A DNA stretch of 64,000 bases from NCBI GenBank assembly GCA_045600465.1, contig JAZRXY010000020.1, positions 2,396-66,395 of the forward strand, in the 5' to 3' direction. This stretch comes from Bacilli bacterium (GTDB lineage: Bacteria; Bacillota_I; Bacilli_A; RFN20; UBA1709). Each line of letters starts with the position of its first letter. Position 1 is the stretch's first letter. Shown in pieces: positions 1 to 9,304 of this stretch. The position numbers and the translations under genes were made by a program. The notes under the pieces were generated by a model, which saw nothing but the letters and a program-made list of their open reading frames with translations, was not told where the DNA came from and did not search any database.

Positions 1-785
1 TGCTTTTTGTCTCTTGTACAGAAGAAGGCATCCTTTTTTCTAAAGAGTTTGCAGGTGAGGGAGAAATATTAGTTAACGAAGCTAATTTTGCTTTTGATTT
101 AGACTTAGATAATTTAAATGTTGAAATTAACAACATTACGATAAAAGATGGTTGCCTAGATTTACAAATCTATGATTATGGTGAGCCAAGAATCGAAGTA
201 AGAACTAACAAGAATATTTTTGATGATCTTTCATTTATTAAGGATAAGGGAGGTCTAAAAATTTCTGGTTCTAAAGATAGAAAATATGTCACTGAAGGAA
301 TAATTATTTCTTTATTTGGCGTAAAGGTGGGAGAATTAGATGTTTTAGGTTTTGCTAATGTTTCTAATTCCCTATATGGTTTTAATGAAGATTTAGCAAT
401 TAATGTTAAAGGCCAAATGAGTGGGACATTAAATTTGGAACAAAGTAAAAAATTAAATTTAAATGTTTCTGGAGCAGCTGATTTAAACTTAGTTAACTTA
501 AATTTAGATACACTTCAAGTCGATGTTAAGGGTGCACTAGATTTAAGCGGAGAAGGAAGTATTGATGAATATCGCGATAACATCAAAGGAACTGCAGTTA
601 TGGAACTAAGAGATGTCGATATTTCCAAAGCAAATATCAATTGCTCTGGAGTTGGGACATATGGTTTATTTGTTGAAGAAATCCTTGATATTAAATCAAG
701 CAATGTAATTTCTATTGAATACATGGGGAATCCAGTTGTAACAACAACATTAGCGGGAGTGAATCACATTGCAAAGATCGACTAG
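1..785 (+). CDS. Lipoprotein with DUF2807/GIN-like repeats (5' end outside window)
   Basis: Frame 3 is open from the window edge to TAG 783-785; the track ORF 327..785 is only its tail. Lipobox-like LFVSC at nt 3-17. Repeated V-x-G-x-x-D-L units and the C-terminal IEYMGNPVV motif resemble DUF2807 proteins. Confidence 0.6.
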   Translation, partial: LFVSCTEEGILFSKEFAGEGEILVNEANFAFDLDLDNLNVEINNITIKDGCLDLQIYDYGEPRIEVRTNKNIFDDLSFIKDKGGLKISGSKDRKYVTEGIIISLFGVKVGELDVLGFANVSNSLYGFNEDLAINVKGQMSGTLNLEQSKKLNLNVSGAADLNLVNLNLDTLQVDVKGALDLSGEGSIDEYRDNIKGTAVMELRDVDISKANINCSGVGTYGLFVEEILDIKSSNVISIEYMGNPVVTTTLAGVNHIAKID

Positions 786-1710
786 AAAAAGAAGAAATCG
801 TAGTAACTTAGACTATTATACTAAGCGTAATATAAAGACAAAATATGATAAAGAAATCGTGGTAACTCATCAGCAACCACTTCTTGAATTCTTACTAGAA
901 AATGTTAAAGGTAAATCAAGAAATAACATTAAGCATTTGCTATCAGCAAAAAAGGTTTTGGTAGATGGGGTCTGTGTTAGCCAATTTGATTATCTTTTAC
1001 ATGCCAAACAAATAGTAAGATTGTCAGCAAACCCAATAAAACAAACACCGATGACTAAAGATCTGGATGTTATTTATGAAGATGATGACTTGATTGCTAT
1101 AAATAAGCCGGCAGGGTTATTAAGTATTGCAACTGATAAAGAAGATCGCTATACCGCTTATAGAATGGTAAGTGATTATGTTAAATTAAGAAACAAAAAA
1201 GATCGCGTATTCGTTGTTCATCGAATTGATAAAGAAACAAGTGGGGTTTTGATGTTTACTAAAAGTCTAGCTTTAAAAGATTTGTTACAAGAAGATTGGA
1301 ATAATAACACCCAATTAAGAGAATATGTAGCGATTGTAGATGGCAAGATGAAAAAGAAAGAGGATACTATTAAAAACTATTTATTAGAAACCTCAACTCA
1401 TCTAATGTATGTAACTACAAATAGAAAAGCTGGAGCGGAAGCTATAACGCATTATAGAGTAGTTAAAGAAAATGATAAGTATTCTATGTTAGAAGTAAAG
1501 ATAGATACTGGTAGGAAAAACCAAATTAGAGTTAGTTTAAATGAACTTGGGAATACTGTTATTGGTGATGATAAATACGGTAAGCCGAGCGATCCATTAA
1601 AAAGACTTGGACTACACGCTCATAAATTAGTGTTTATGCATCCAATAACTAAGGAAAAAATAAAACTTGTAGCGCCAATACCTAGAAGTTTTAATACATT
1701 ATTTAAATAA
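769..1710 (+). CDS. RluA-family rRNA pseudouridine synthase (RluD-like, S4 + catalytic domain)
   Basis: HRIDKETSGVLMF catalytic-Asp motif, GRKNQIRV and LHAHKL motifs, N-terminal S4-like segment. TTG start at 769 is preceded by GGGAG (755-759). GTG 859 is an alternative start. Confidence 0.85.
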   Translation: MQRSTRKRRNRSNLDYYTKRNIKTKYDKEIVVTHQQPLLEFLLENVKGKSRNNIKHLLSAKKVLVDGVCVSQFDYLLHAKQIVRLSANPIKQTPMTKDLDVIYEDDDLIAINKPAGLLSIATDKEDRYTAYRMVSDYVKLRNKKDRVFVVHRIDKETSGVLMFTKSLALKDLLQEDWNNNTQLREYVAIVDGKMKKKEDTIKNYLLETSTHLMYVTTNRKAGAEAITHYRVVKENDKYSMLEVKIDTGRKNQIRVSLNELGNTVIGDDKYGKPSDPLKRLGLHAHKLVFMHPITKEKIKLVAPIPRSFNTLFK

Positions 1711-1723
1711 AAGGGGAGATATT

Positions 1724-2026
1724 ATGAAGGTTATTTTAGGAAGTTCTGGCAGTGGAAAGACAAAAAGATTATTAGAATTAAGTGCCAGCAATGGAGTTCC
1801 AGTATTATGCGAATCTCAAGAAAGAGTAGAAAGATTACTTGCTAAAGCACAAGGATATGGATATCAAATCCCACTACCAATTGCATTAGAAAATTTTGAT
1901 GCAAATAGTGTTAAAGAAGTTTACATTGATGAAATCAATATGCTTTTTGAAAAGGCATTAAATACAAAAATAGGTGCTATTACTGTTAATAGCGATGGCT
2001 ATAACGAAGTCGAGAAGATAGGATAG
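1724..2026 (+). CDS. Small (100 aa) P-loop protein of unknown function
   Basis: Walker A GSSGSGKT near the N-terminus and Walker-B-like VYIDEINML. RBS AAGGGGAG precedes the ATG. Confidence 0.5.
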   Translation: MKVILGSSGSGKTKRLLELSASNGVPVLCESQERVERLLAKAQGYGYQIPLPIALENFDANSVKEVYIDEINMLFEKALNTKIGAITVNSDGYNEVEKIG

Positions 2027-2035
2027 GTGATTTTA

Positions 2036-2755
2036 ATGAATAAGTTATTAAAGAAGTTAATGATTATTCCTCTAACGCTTTCATTAGTGGCTTGTGGAAA
2101 GACAAATAAAGCAGAATCAGGAGCAGAGGAAATTACTAGTAAAACAGAACAACAAGAAGTTATAGAAAAAATCAATAGTATTACATATGGTGACTTAAAT
2201 AATACTAGTTTTGACTATGGAGCAACTATATCAGGCCTTAGTGGACTAATTAATCTAGGCATCAAAGGTGATATTAAAGTTGATGATTTAGGAACAGCAA
2301 GCAACAAAATTGAACTAGTCGGTAATTATGCAAAGACGATGTTATTTAGTGCAGAACTTTATGATGATAAAATAGCAGTTACAACTGGAGAACTTGCAAT
2401 ATTAGGACAAACTCTAATTCAAAAAAGTGGCCCAAATGTTTCTAGTAGTGGCTTAGAGAATTTATCTACATCAACTGTTCTAGAAAAAGAAATTATTAAA
2501 CTTGATGCAGAATCAATATCAAAATTATCAAAGAAAGTTGAAAATAATGTAACGTGGTACTTTATTTATGCTAATCAAGAAAAAGTTGGTGGCATTATTA
2601 ACAAACTTTTCTCAGGTGTTATGAGTGTTACTAGTGAACCTGTCCTTGGTATTGCTATTAATAATAATGATTCAATTGAAGGCCTTTCGTTAGGCTTTGA
2701 TGCAACACTAGAAAGCTTTGCAGTTTCATTCTATTTAGAAGCAAACAAAAAATAA
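2036..2755 (+). CDS. Lipoprotein, unknown function
   Basis: ATG 2036 gives MNKLLKKLMIIPLTLSLVAC with the lipobox LVAC. The track start GTG 2027 lies inside the likely SD GGTGA. Confidence 0.6.
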   Translation: MNKLLKKLMIIPLTLSLVACGKTNKAESGAEEITSKTEQQEVIEKINSITYGDLNNTSFDYGATISGLSGLINLGIKGDIKVDDLGTASNKIELVGNYAKTMLFSAELYDDKIAVTTGELAILGQTLIQKSGPNVSSSGLENLSTSTVLEKEIIKLDAESISKLSKKVENNVTWYFIYANQEKVGGIINKLFSGVMSVTSEPVLGIAINNNDSIEGLSLGFDATLESFAVSFYLEANKK

Positions 2756-2781
2756 AAGCACTGGAGTGCTTTTATTCTTTT
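2754..2781. terminator. Bidirectional intrinsic terminator
   Basis: AAAAGCAC-tgga-GTGCTTTT hairpin followed by a T-run, between convergent genes. Confidence 0.7.
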
Positions 2782-3341
2782 TATAGTATTAATATACCGA
2801 GAATCGCACCCGCTGCTATATAGATCAGTGGGTGTTTTTTGAAGATAAAATAGGTTGCTGCAATAATTACGAAGATAATGCATTCTTTATAATTTACAAG
2901 AATTGTGAAGTTACTAGCAAACATTTCTCCGGAAACAGAAAGAAGTGTTACTTTAATCATCGATAAAGCACTAGATGCTATTAAACCAATAGTAACAGCT
3001 CTTAGACCAATAAATGCTGCTCTTACAACTGGTTTTTTAGAGAACTTATCAAGGATTTTAATTAATAAAGCACAGATTGCAAAGGGCAAAGCAATTAGTC
3101 CAATTGAAGCTAAGATTCCCCCTAGAACACCGCCTTGTAAGTAACCTACATAAGTAGCAATGTTAATACCAATAGGACCAGGGGTAGATTCACTTATTGC
3201 AACCATTTGGAAAAATTCCTCACTAGTTACTAGTCCTTGACCAACGCAAATATTTTCTAGTAAAGCAATGGTTGACATACCTCCACCAATAGTAAATAAG
3301 CCAACATATAAGAAGGTTAGAAATAACATGATTAAACTCAT
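2781..3341 (-). CDS. Chromate-transporter (CHR) family protein, short-chain type, second of a pair
   Basis: Polytopic membrane protein starting LFTIGGGMSTIALLE. ATGA overlap with the upstream paralog, typical of split CHR pairs. Confidence 0.7.
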   Translation of the reverse strand: MSLIMLFLTFLYVGLFTIGGGMSTIALLENICVGQGLVTSEEFFQMVAISESTPGPIGINIATYVGYLQGGVLGGILASIGLIALPFAICALLIKILDKFSKKPVVRAAFIGLRAVTIGLIASSALSMIKVTLLSVSGEMFASNFTILVNYKECIIFVIIAATYFIFKKHPLIYIAAGAILGILIL

Positions 3342-3883
3342 TTTTTAATCACATCTATCTTTTTAGAATAGAATATAACTCCTAGTAATGCTGCACCTAC
3401 AATAATGTAGATTGGGCTTAAATTAAAAAAGGCGATTAAGATAAAGGCAGCTATAGCGATCAAAATTGTTATGATATCAAATATGTTTTTCTTAAATTTA
3501 ACTATCATGCCAATAAGCATTACTAAAACTGCGATGTTAATTCCTTTTAAAGCATGCTGGATCCAAACAATTGAACTAAATTGTTGAAGTAAAGCAGCAA
3601 TAATACAAATGACGATAATGGATGGTAAAACCATTCCTAGTAGAGCAAATAGTGAACCCAAAAATTTGTTGGCTTTATGGCCAATCATTACTGCAACATT
3701 AGCTGCAATAATTCCAGGAATTGTTTGAGCTAATGCATAGTAATCAACAACTTCGTCTTCGGATACCCATTTGTTTTTTTCGACAGTTTCTTTAATCATT
3801 AATGGCATCATAGCTAAACCGCCACCAAAAGTGACTAAACCAATCTTAAAAAAAGTGATAAAAAGCTTTAGGTTCTTTTTCAT
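3338..3883 (-). CDS. Chromate-transporter (CHR) family protein, short-chain type, first of a pair
   Basis: MKKNLKLFITFFKIGLVTFGGGLAMMPL is the CHR signature. Start moved to ATG 3883, because the track's 5' extension to 3994 reads like promoter DNA. Confidence 0.7.
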   Translation of the reverse strand: MKKNLKLFITFFKIGLVTFGGGLAMMPLMIKETVEKNKWVSEDEVVDYYALAQTIPGIIAANVAVMIGHKANKFLGSLFALLGMVLPSIIVICIIAALLQQFSSIVWIQHALKGINIAVLVMLIGMIVKFKKNIFDIITILIAIAAFILIAFFNLSPIYIIVGAALLGVIFYSKKIDVIKK

Positions 3884-4038
3884 TTTGCCGCTTCCTTTTT
3901 TAACACGAATATCATAGCACTTTTTTACTTGTAAAAAAAGATTTAAGATTAGCAACTTGAAAGAAAGGATAAATGTGTTATAATAAAAGTGCATTCACAT
4001 AGTGAATACTATAATTTTTACAACGGAGGGAAATAATT

Positions 4039-5217
4039 ATGGAAAAAGTTGTTATTGTATCAGCTGCTAGAACTCCTATTGGAAGTTTTGGTGGCGCATT
4101 CAAAGATGTTTCAGCAGTTCAATTAGGTGTTATTGCTGCTAAGGAAGCATTAAATCGTGCTGGTTTAAAGCCAGAACAAATTGACGAAGTTTACATTGGA
4201 AATGTTTTAGGCGCAAGCTTAGGACAAAACGTTGCTCGTCAAATCACATTAGGCGTTGGCTGCCCAGTCGAAGTACCAGCAGTCACAATTAACGTTGTTT
4301 GTGGTTCAGGTCTACGTTCAGTATCAATCGCTGCACAATCAATTCAATCAGGTAACTCAGAAATCGTTCTATGCGGTGGTACAGAAAACATGTCACAATG
4401 CCCATACCTACTAACAAATTCACGTTGGGGGATGAGAATGGGTGATGCTAAAGTTATGGACTACATGGTTCACGATGGACTATGGGATATCTACAACAAT
4501 TACCATATGGGTATGACAGCAGAAAACATTTGTGATGAATGGAATATTACTCGTGAAGAACTAGATGCATTCGCAGTCGCATCACAAAACAAAGCAGAAG
4601 CTGCACAAAAGAATGGTTACTTTGATGCAGAAATCGCTCCAGTTACAATCCATGGTAAAAAAGGCGATGTCGTTGTTGACAAAGATGAATACATTAAATA
4701 TGGTTGCACACTTGAAGGTATTTCAAAACTAAAACCAGCATTTAAGAAAGATGGCGGACGTGTTACAGCTGCTTCATCATCAGGTATCAATGATGGTGCT
4801 GCAATGTTAGTTGTCATGTCAGAATCAAAAGCTAAAGCTTTAGGTCTAAAACCTCTAGCAACAATCGTTTCACACGGTACAAAAGGCTGCCGCCCAGAAA
4901 TCATGGGTATTGGTCCAGTTCCAGCATCAAGACAAGCTCTAGAAAGAGCAGGCTGGAAAGCATCAGACCTAGATCTAATTGAAGCTAACGAAGCATTCGC
5001 AGCTCAATCAATCGCTGTTTGCCGTGATCTAGAATTAGACACAAGCAAAGTTAACATTTCTGGTGGTGCTATCGCTTTAGGACACCCAATCGGATGTTCA
5101 GGTGCTAGAATCTTAGTCACATTACTATACGGCCTAGAAAGAACAAATACACATAAGGGTCTAGCAACTCTATGTATCGGTGGCGGTATGGGTACAGCTA
5201 TCTGTGTCGAAAGATAA
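4039..5217 (+). CDS. Acetyl-CoA C-acetyltransferase (thiolase II)
   Basis: Thiolase signatures [29 protein letters not shown] and CIGGGMG. RBS GGAGGG. Confidence 0.9.
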   Translation: MEKVVIVSAARTPIGSFGGAFKDVSAVQLGVIAAKEALNRAGLKPEQIDEVYIGNVLGASLGQNVARQITLGVGCPVEVPAVTINVVCGSGLRSVSIAAQSIQSGNSEIVLCGGTENMSQCPYLLTNSRWGMRMGDAKVMDYMVHDGLWDIYNNYHMGMTAENICDEWNITREELDAFAVASQNKAEAAQKNGYFDAEIAPVTIHGKKGDVVVDKDEYIKYGCTLEGISKLKPAFKKDGGRVTAASSSGINDGAAMLVVMSESKAKALGLKPLATIVSHGTKGCRPEIMGIGPVPASRQALERAGWKASDLDLIEANEAFAAQSIAVCRDLELDTSKVNISGGAIALGHPIGCSGARILVTLLYGLERTNTHKGLATLCIGGGMGTAICVER

Positions 5218-5236
5218 TTATTTAAAACAAAATTTT

Positions 5237-5268
5237 AAAGAACTGGCTTCGGTCAGTTCTTTTTCTTT
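5237..5268 (+). terminator. Intrinsic terminator after thiolase
   Basis: AAAGAACTG...CAGTTCTTT hairpin followed by a T-run. Confidence 0.7.
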
Positions 5269-5340
5269 TAACTTGAAAAAAACTTTTTTGTGATTATAAT
5301 GTTTATATAATATCGATTAAGATATTTATGGGGTGGAAAC

Positions 5341-5862
5341 ATGACAGAAGAGTTATTAATATTATGTTTAACAGTATTCTTTGGTAGAATTTGTGACGTT
5401 GCAATCGGATCAATTAGAACAATTTTTCTAGTTGATGGCAAAAAAGTAAAAGCAGCAATAGCTGGTTTTGTTGAAGTATTTATCTGGTTTAATATTGTAA
5501 GAGAAGCAATGAGTAGTGACGTTGGTGGCATATATGTTGCACTAGCTTATGCGGGAGGATTTGCTCTAGGTAACTATGTTGGTGGGTGGATTTCAGAAAA
5601 GATTCTTGGAGAAATGCAAACAGTTCACGTTATTACCACAAGACTTTGTATGGCTGAGGAATTAAGAAAATGTGGCTTTGCTGTTACAGAAATGGATTGC
5701 AAGGGTATGAACGATCAAGAAAAGAAATTCTTATTTGTTCAAATTCAAAGTAAACAAAGTAACAAACTAGAAAAAACGATTAATGAATTAGATAATCATG
5801 CATTCATCACGGTTAATAAAACAAAAGCTGTTGTTAATGGATATTTAAAAAAACAAAAATAA
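5341..5862 (+). CDS. UPF0316/DUF2179 family membrane protein
   Basis: N-terminal FFGRICDVAIGSIRTIFLVDGKK with three TM helices and a soluble C-terminal domain; the pattern matches B. subtilis YebE-type UPF0316. Confidence 0.6.
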   Translation: MTEELLILCLTVFFGRICDVAIGSIRTIFLVDGKKVKAAIAGFVEVFIWFNIVREAMSSDVGGIYVALAYAGGFALGNYVGGWISEKILGEMQTVHVITTRLCMAEELRKCGFAVTEMDCKGMNDQEKKFLFVQIQSKQSNKLEKTINELDNHAFITVNKTKAVVNGYLKKQK

Positions 5863-5889
5863 GGCATTCAAACGAATGCCTTGTTTTTA
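5861..5889. terminator. Bidirectional intrinsic terminator
   Basis: AAGGCATTC-aaac-GAATGCCTT followed by a T-run, between convergent genes. Confidence 0.7.
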
Positions 5890-6291
5890 AAACTTTAATA
5901 GTTTTTGAATTTCAGTTAAATCGTATTTACCTTCATTGTTTGGTGGCACTAAATTAAAGCCATCATTTTTATATCTTGGAATAATATGAATATGAGTGTG
6001 CATGATTGATTGCCCTGCAACTTCTTTGCAGTTGTTTAAAACATTAACTCCTTCACAATTAGGTAAAACGTCAAACATGTGATTTGTTATTTTTTTAACC
6101 ACCTTTATTAGATGGGTTAGAACTTCATCATCAGTGGTAGAGATATCGCTGAAGTGTTTTTTAGGAACAACAAGTGTGTGTCCATAACCTCCTTGAGATA
6201 AATCTAGAAAAGCTATACAAACATCATCTTCATATATAGTATTTACTGGAATTTCATGATTAGCAAATTTACAAAATAAACAATCTGACAT
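5887..6291 (-). CDS. HIT-family (histidine triad) nucleotide hydrolase
   Basis: Histidine triad HTHIHIIP and N-terminal CLFCKF motif. Confidence 0.85.
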   Translation of the reverse strand: MSDCLFCKFANHEIPVNTIYEDDVCIAFLDLSQGGYGHTLVVPKKHFSDISTTDDEVLTHLIKVVKKITNHMFDVLPNCEGVNVLNNCKEVAGQSIMHTHIHIIPRYKNDGFNLVPPNNEGKYDLTEIQKLLKF

Positions 6292-6390
6292 ATTATTTCC
6301 TCCTTTGATAATTTAATTATAGCATTAATTAAAATGTTTTAGTGGAATAAAATTATATCTATGATATAATAGCAAAAAGGAAGTGATAAA

Positions 6391-7917
6391 ATGATCAACC
6401 AATTATGGGTAAAACTTAAAGAAGCAATGATGTCAGTTCTACCGATAGCTTTAATCGTGGTCATTTTAAATTTCACACCTTTAATTAGTCTAACAACTAG
6501 GGAACTTTTAATCTTTGTTATAAGTGCTATAGTTTTAATTATCGGTATTGGTTTATTTAATCTAGGTGCTGATTTAGCAATGACTCCTATGGGAGAACAA
6601 GTGGGAGCAGGTTTAACAAAACTTAGAAATATGAAAGTGCTACTTCTTTGTGCTTTGATTTTAGGCTTTTTAGTTACAGTAGCCGAACCTGATTTAAGTG
6701 TTTTAGCAAGTCAAGTAGAAGAAGTTATTAATGGCACAACATTAATTATATTTATTGGTGTCGGAGTAGGAATTTTTTTAGTAATTGCAGTATTAAAGAT
6801 GATTTTTAAAAAATCTTTATCACATTTACTCACATTCTTCTATTGCATTTTGTTTGCAATCACAGCGTTAGTTGCCGTTAATGGTGGTAAAGGTTTCTTG
6901 CCACTAGCGTTTGATAGCGGCGGTGTTACAACAGGACCAATCACTGTCCCATTTATTATGGCGCTAGGCGTTGGTATTGCATCTGCAATCGGAGGAAGAA
7001 ATTCCCAAGAGAATAGTTTCGGTCTTATCTCACTTTGCTCGGTGGGACCAATTATTGCGGTATTAATTCTTGGAGTTATTTCGGGAGGGGATATTCCTTT
7101 CGCGTTAGCAGATTATTCAATCCCAAAGGATTTAGGATTAGGAATTGCTAAGACTTTACTAACCACATTAAAGGATGTCGCATTAGCACTAGGTCTTATT
7201 GTGGTTTTCTTCTTTGTTATTAACGCAATAATCTTACATATTCCTAGAAAGAAAATATCACAAGTCATTGTTGGTATTGCTTATACATTTGTTGGTTTAA
7301 TAATATTTTTAACAGCGGTTAGTGTAGGATTTATGCCAATAGGTTATCGCTTGGGTGAAGAACTAGCAAGCAGTGGTTCAACTGCTTTAATAGTTGCTGG
7401 CTTTGTTTTAGGGCTTGTGGTAGTTTTAGCAGAACCTGCTGTTCACGTTTTGAATAAACAAGTTGAAGATATTACAAATGGATCAATCTCTAAAAGTTCG
7501 ATGATGATTGCTTTGTCACTAGGCGTTGGTATCTCTATTTGTTTATCAATGATTAGAATAGTATTTGATTTTTCAATTTTATATTATTTAATACCGGGGT
7601 ACTTTATGTCTCTAGGTTTAGCATTCTTTGTTCCTAATTTGTACACAGCTGTTGCTTTTGACTCGGGTGGAGTTGCTAGTGGTCCACTAACTTCTAGTTT
7701 CATTCTTCCTTTTGCAATAGGAGCATGTGTAGTAATGCAAGGGGAAGCAAGTGTTATGGCTGATGCATTTGGTATAGTAGCAATGGTTGCTCTAACGCCA
7801 CTTATTACTATCCAATTATTAGGTTTTAGAGCAGTTGCTCATAAACTAGTTAGAGAAAAGATTGCAATGCGTAAAGTTCTAGAAAAAGATGATGAACAAA
7901 TTATCTATTTTGATTAG
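6391..7917 (+). CDS. DUF1538-family polytopic membrane protein (internally duplicated)
   Basis: Two homologous halves: AEPDLSVLASQVEE / AEPAVHVLNKQVED and AFDSGGVTTGPIT (from nt 6907) / AFDSGGVASGPLT (from nt 7654). Confidence 0.65.
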   Translation: MINQLWVKLKEAMMSVLPIALIVVILNFTPLISLTTRELLIFVISAIVLIIGIGLFNLGADLAMTPMGEQVGAGLTKLRNMKVLLLCALILGFLVTVAEPDLSVLASQVEEVINGTTLIIFIGVGVGIFLVIAVLKMIFKKSLSHLLTFFYCILFAITALVAVNGGKGFLPLAFDSGGVTTGPITVPFIMALGVGIASAIGGRNSQENSFGLISLCSVGPIIAVLILGVISGGDIPFALADYSIPKDLGLGIAKTLLTTLKDVALALGLIVVFFFVINAIILHIPRKKISQVIVGIAYTFVGLIIFLTAVSVGFMPIGYRLGEELASSGSTALIVAGFVLGLVVVLAEPAVHVLNKQVEDITNGSISKSSMMIALSLGVGISICLSMIRIVFDFSILYYLIPGYFMSLGLAFFVPNLYTAVAFDSGGVASGPLTSSFILPFAIGACVVMQGEASVMADAFGIVAMVALTPLITIQLLGFRAVAHKLVREKIAMRKVLEKDDEQIIYFD

Positions 7918-7930
7918 GAGGTAAATTATC

Positions 7931-8305
7931 ATGGAAAATAAAAGAAAGTTAACTCCTAATAACAAGAAAAATACAGGAGTTAAAAAACTTAAAGTGTTAA
8001 TAAGTGTAGTTGATATTGCTAAAAGAGATTTCTATGAAGATTTTTTACAACAATATGAAGTAAACTATCAATTAATTCTTCATGGGAAAGGTACGGCAGA
8101 TTCATCAACATTAAACTTGCTAGGATTAAGTACGGACAAAGCCGTAATCATTTCCTTTATCAAGGAAGAAAATGAAAAGAAGATAATGAATGCAATCGCA
8201 GAGAAGTTCGATACAGTTAAAAAGGGAAAAGGCATTTGCTTTAGCATAGCGCTAGATTCAATTATTGGTGCTAGAGTATATAGATTCTTATCAAATCAAA
8301 AGTAA
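7931..8305 (+). CDS. P-II-like signal-transduction protein (with basic N-terminal extension)
   Basis: Beta-alpha-beta pattern LKVLISVVDIAKRDFYEDFL...GKGT. Paralogous to the next gene and tightly linked to DUF1538. Confidence 0.5.
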   Translation: MENKRKLTPNNKKNTGVKKLKVLISVVDIAKRDFYEDFLQQYEVNYQLILHGKGTADSSTLNLLGLSTDKAVIISFIKEENEKKIMNAIAEKFDTVKKGKGICFSIALDSIIGARVYRFLSNQK

Positions 8306-8317
8306 GGAGGAACAGTC

Positions 8318-8632
8318 ATGAAAAGTAATAAAAAATGGGAAGCAGTTTTTGCAATAGTTAATCATGGATACTCAGAAGATGTCATTGAAGTGACTAGAGA
8401 GCTTGGTGCTAAGGGTGGGACTATCATTAGTGCAAGAGGAAGTATTGCTAAAGATGCTGAAAGTAAATTTAACATTGTTGTCAATGAAGAAAAAGAAATG
8501 GTTATGATTATTGTTCCTAGTGAAATAAAAGACGAGATTTTAAAAGGTCTATATGAAAAGATAGGAACAGGAACAAAAGCGCAAGGCATTGCTTATTCTT
8601 TGCCAGTAGATGGAGCAGTGGGGCTTAAATAA
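8318..8632 (+). CDS. P-II-like signal-transduction protein
   Basis: EAVFAIVNHGYSEDVIEVTRELGAKGGTIISARGS resembles P-II family small trimeric regulators. RBS AGGAGG. Confidence 0.55.
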   Translation: MKSNKKWEAVFAIVNHGYSEDVIEVTRELGAKGGTIISARGSIAKDAESKFNIVVNEEKEMVMIIVPSEIKDEILKGLYEKIGTGTKAQGIAYSLPVDGAVGLK

Positions 8633-8633
8633 A

Positions 8634-9158
8634 ATGGAAATTAGGCTTGCAAGTAAAGATGACCTAAAACAAATTCAAGACTTATTTGTAGATGCAAGTG
8701 AGTATATGAAAAGTGAGGGTAATCTTATTCAATGGCAGGAAAAAGATTTTGCTAGCAAAGAAAATGTGTTGCAGCTAATTGCTGGCAATGATTTTTATGT
8801 AGCAATAGATCAAAGTGAGATTATTGGGTTTTATAAGCTTCAATATGGAATAGATAAGACTTATAACGAAATTAGAAAAGGAAAGTGGCTGAATGATAAA
8901 GAATATGTCACAATTCATCGCTTTGCGGTTAAAAACCACCGAAAAGGGATAGCTACATTGCTTTTGAACCGCATAGAAACAGAAATATTGAAAAAAGGTA
9001 TTTATAATATCAGAATAGATACGCATAAAGATAATGTGAGTATGAATGCTTTCTTGCACAAGAATAATTTTATTGAGTGTGGAGAAATTGCGTGTCTTTG
9101 TGATTTTAATGATATAAAGCAATTGCGGGTTGCTTATCAAAAGGTCTTAAAACGCTAG
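8634..9158 (+). CDS. GNAT-family N-acetyltransferase
   Basis: Acetyl-CoA motif A IHRFAVKNHRKGIATLLL. Start set to ATG 8634, just after the upstream stop. Confidence 0.75.
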   Translation: MEIRLASKDDLKQIQDLFVDASEYMKSEGNLIQWQEKDFASKENVLQLIAGNDFYVAIDQSEIIGFYKLQYGIDKTYNEIRKGKWLNDKEYVTIHRFAVKNHRKGIATLLLNRIETEILKKGIYNIRIDTHKDNVSMNAFLHKNNFIECGEIACLCDFNDIKQLRVAYQKVLKR

Positions 9159-9197
9159 AGTTTTAATTCCTTTTTATTATATAAAAAGAGGTTGACT

Positions 9198-9216
9198 CGT
9201 GAAACAGCGTGAAACA
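9198..9216 (+). repeat. Tandem direct repeat CGTGAAACA-g-CGTGAAACA next to TTGACT
   Basis: Read directly from the sequence. It immediately follows a TTGACT hexamer (9192-9197) upstream of nrdG. Confidence 0.6.
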
Positions 9217-9241
9217 ATTTAAAAATGTTTAAACTTTTTAC

Positions 9242-9271
9242 TTGCATTCAATACTATGTATAGTGTAATAT
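9242..9271 (+). promoter_or_regulatory. Candidate sigma-A promoter of nrdG-nrdD-trxB
   Basis: TTGCAT (9242-9247), 18-nt spacer, TAATAT (9266-9271). Confidence 0.45.
9251..9266. promoter_or_regulatory. NrdR-box-like palindrome
   Basis: ATACTATGTATAGTGT matches 14 of 16 positions of the published NrdR box consensus ACACTATATATAGTGT, as I recall it. It lies in the promoter spacer. A related site precedes the second nrdD-like gene. Confidence 0.45.
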
Positions 9272-9304
9272 TAGGTCACACGCATAGAAAATAGGAGTGA
9301 TAGC

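Noticed and set aside
3884-3994. 5' extension of the first CHR-family gene proposed by the ORF track
   Set aside because: The extension translates promoter-like AT-rich DNA (MHFYYNTFILSFK...). The family-typical N-terminus begins at ATG 3883.
5268-5531. 87-aa minus-strand ORF spanning the UPF0316 promoter and start
   Set aside because: It overlaps the better-supported plus-strand gene and its promoter region. There is no RBS, and the product is low in complexity.
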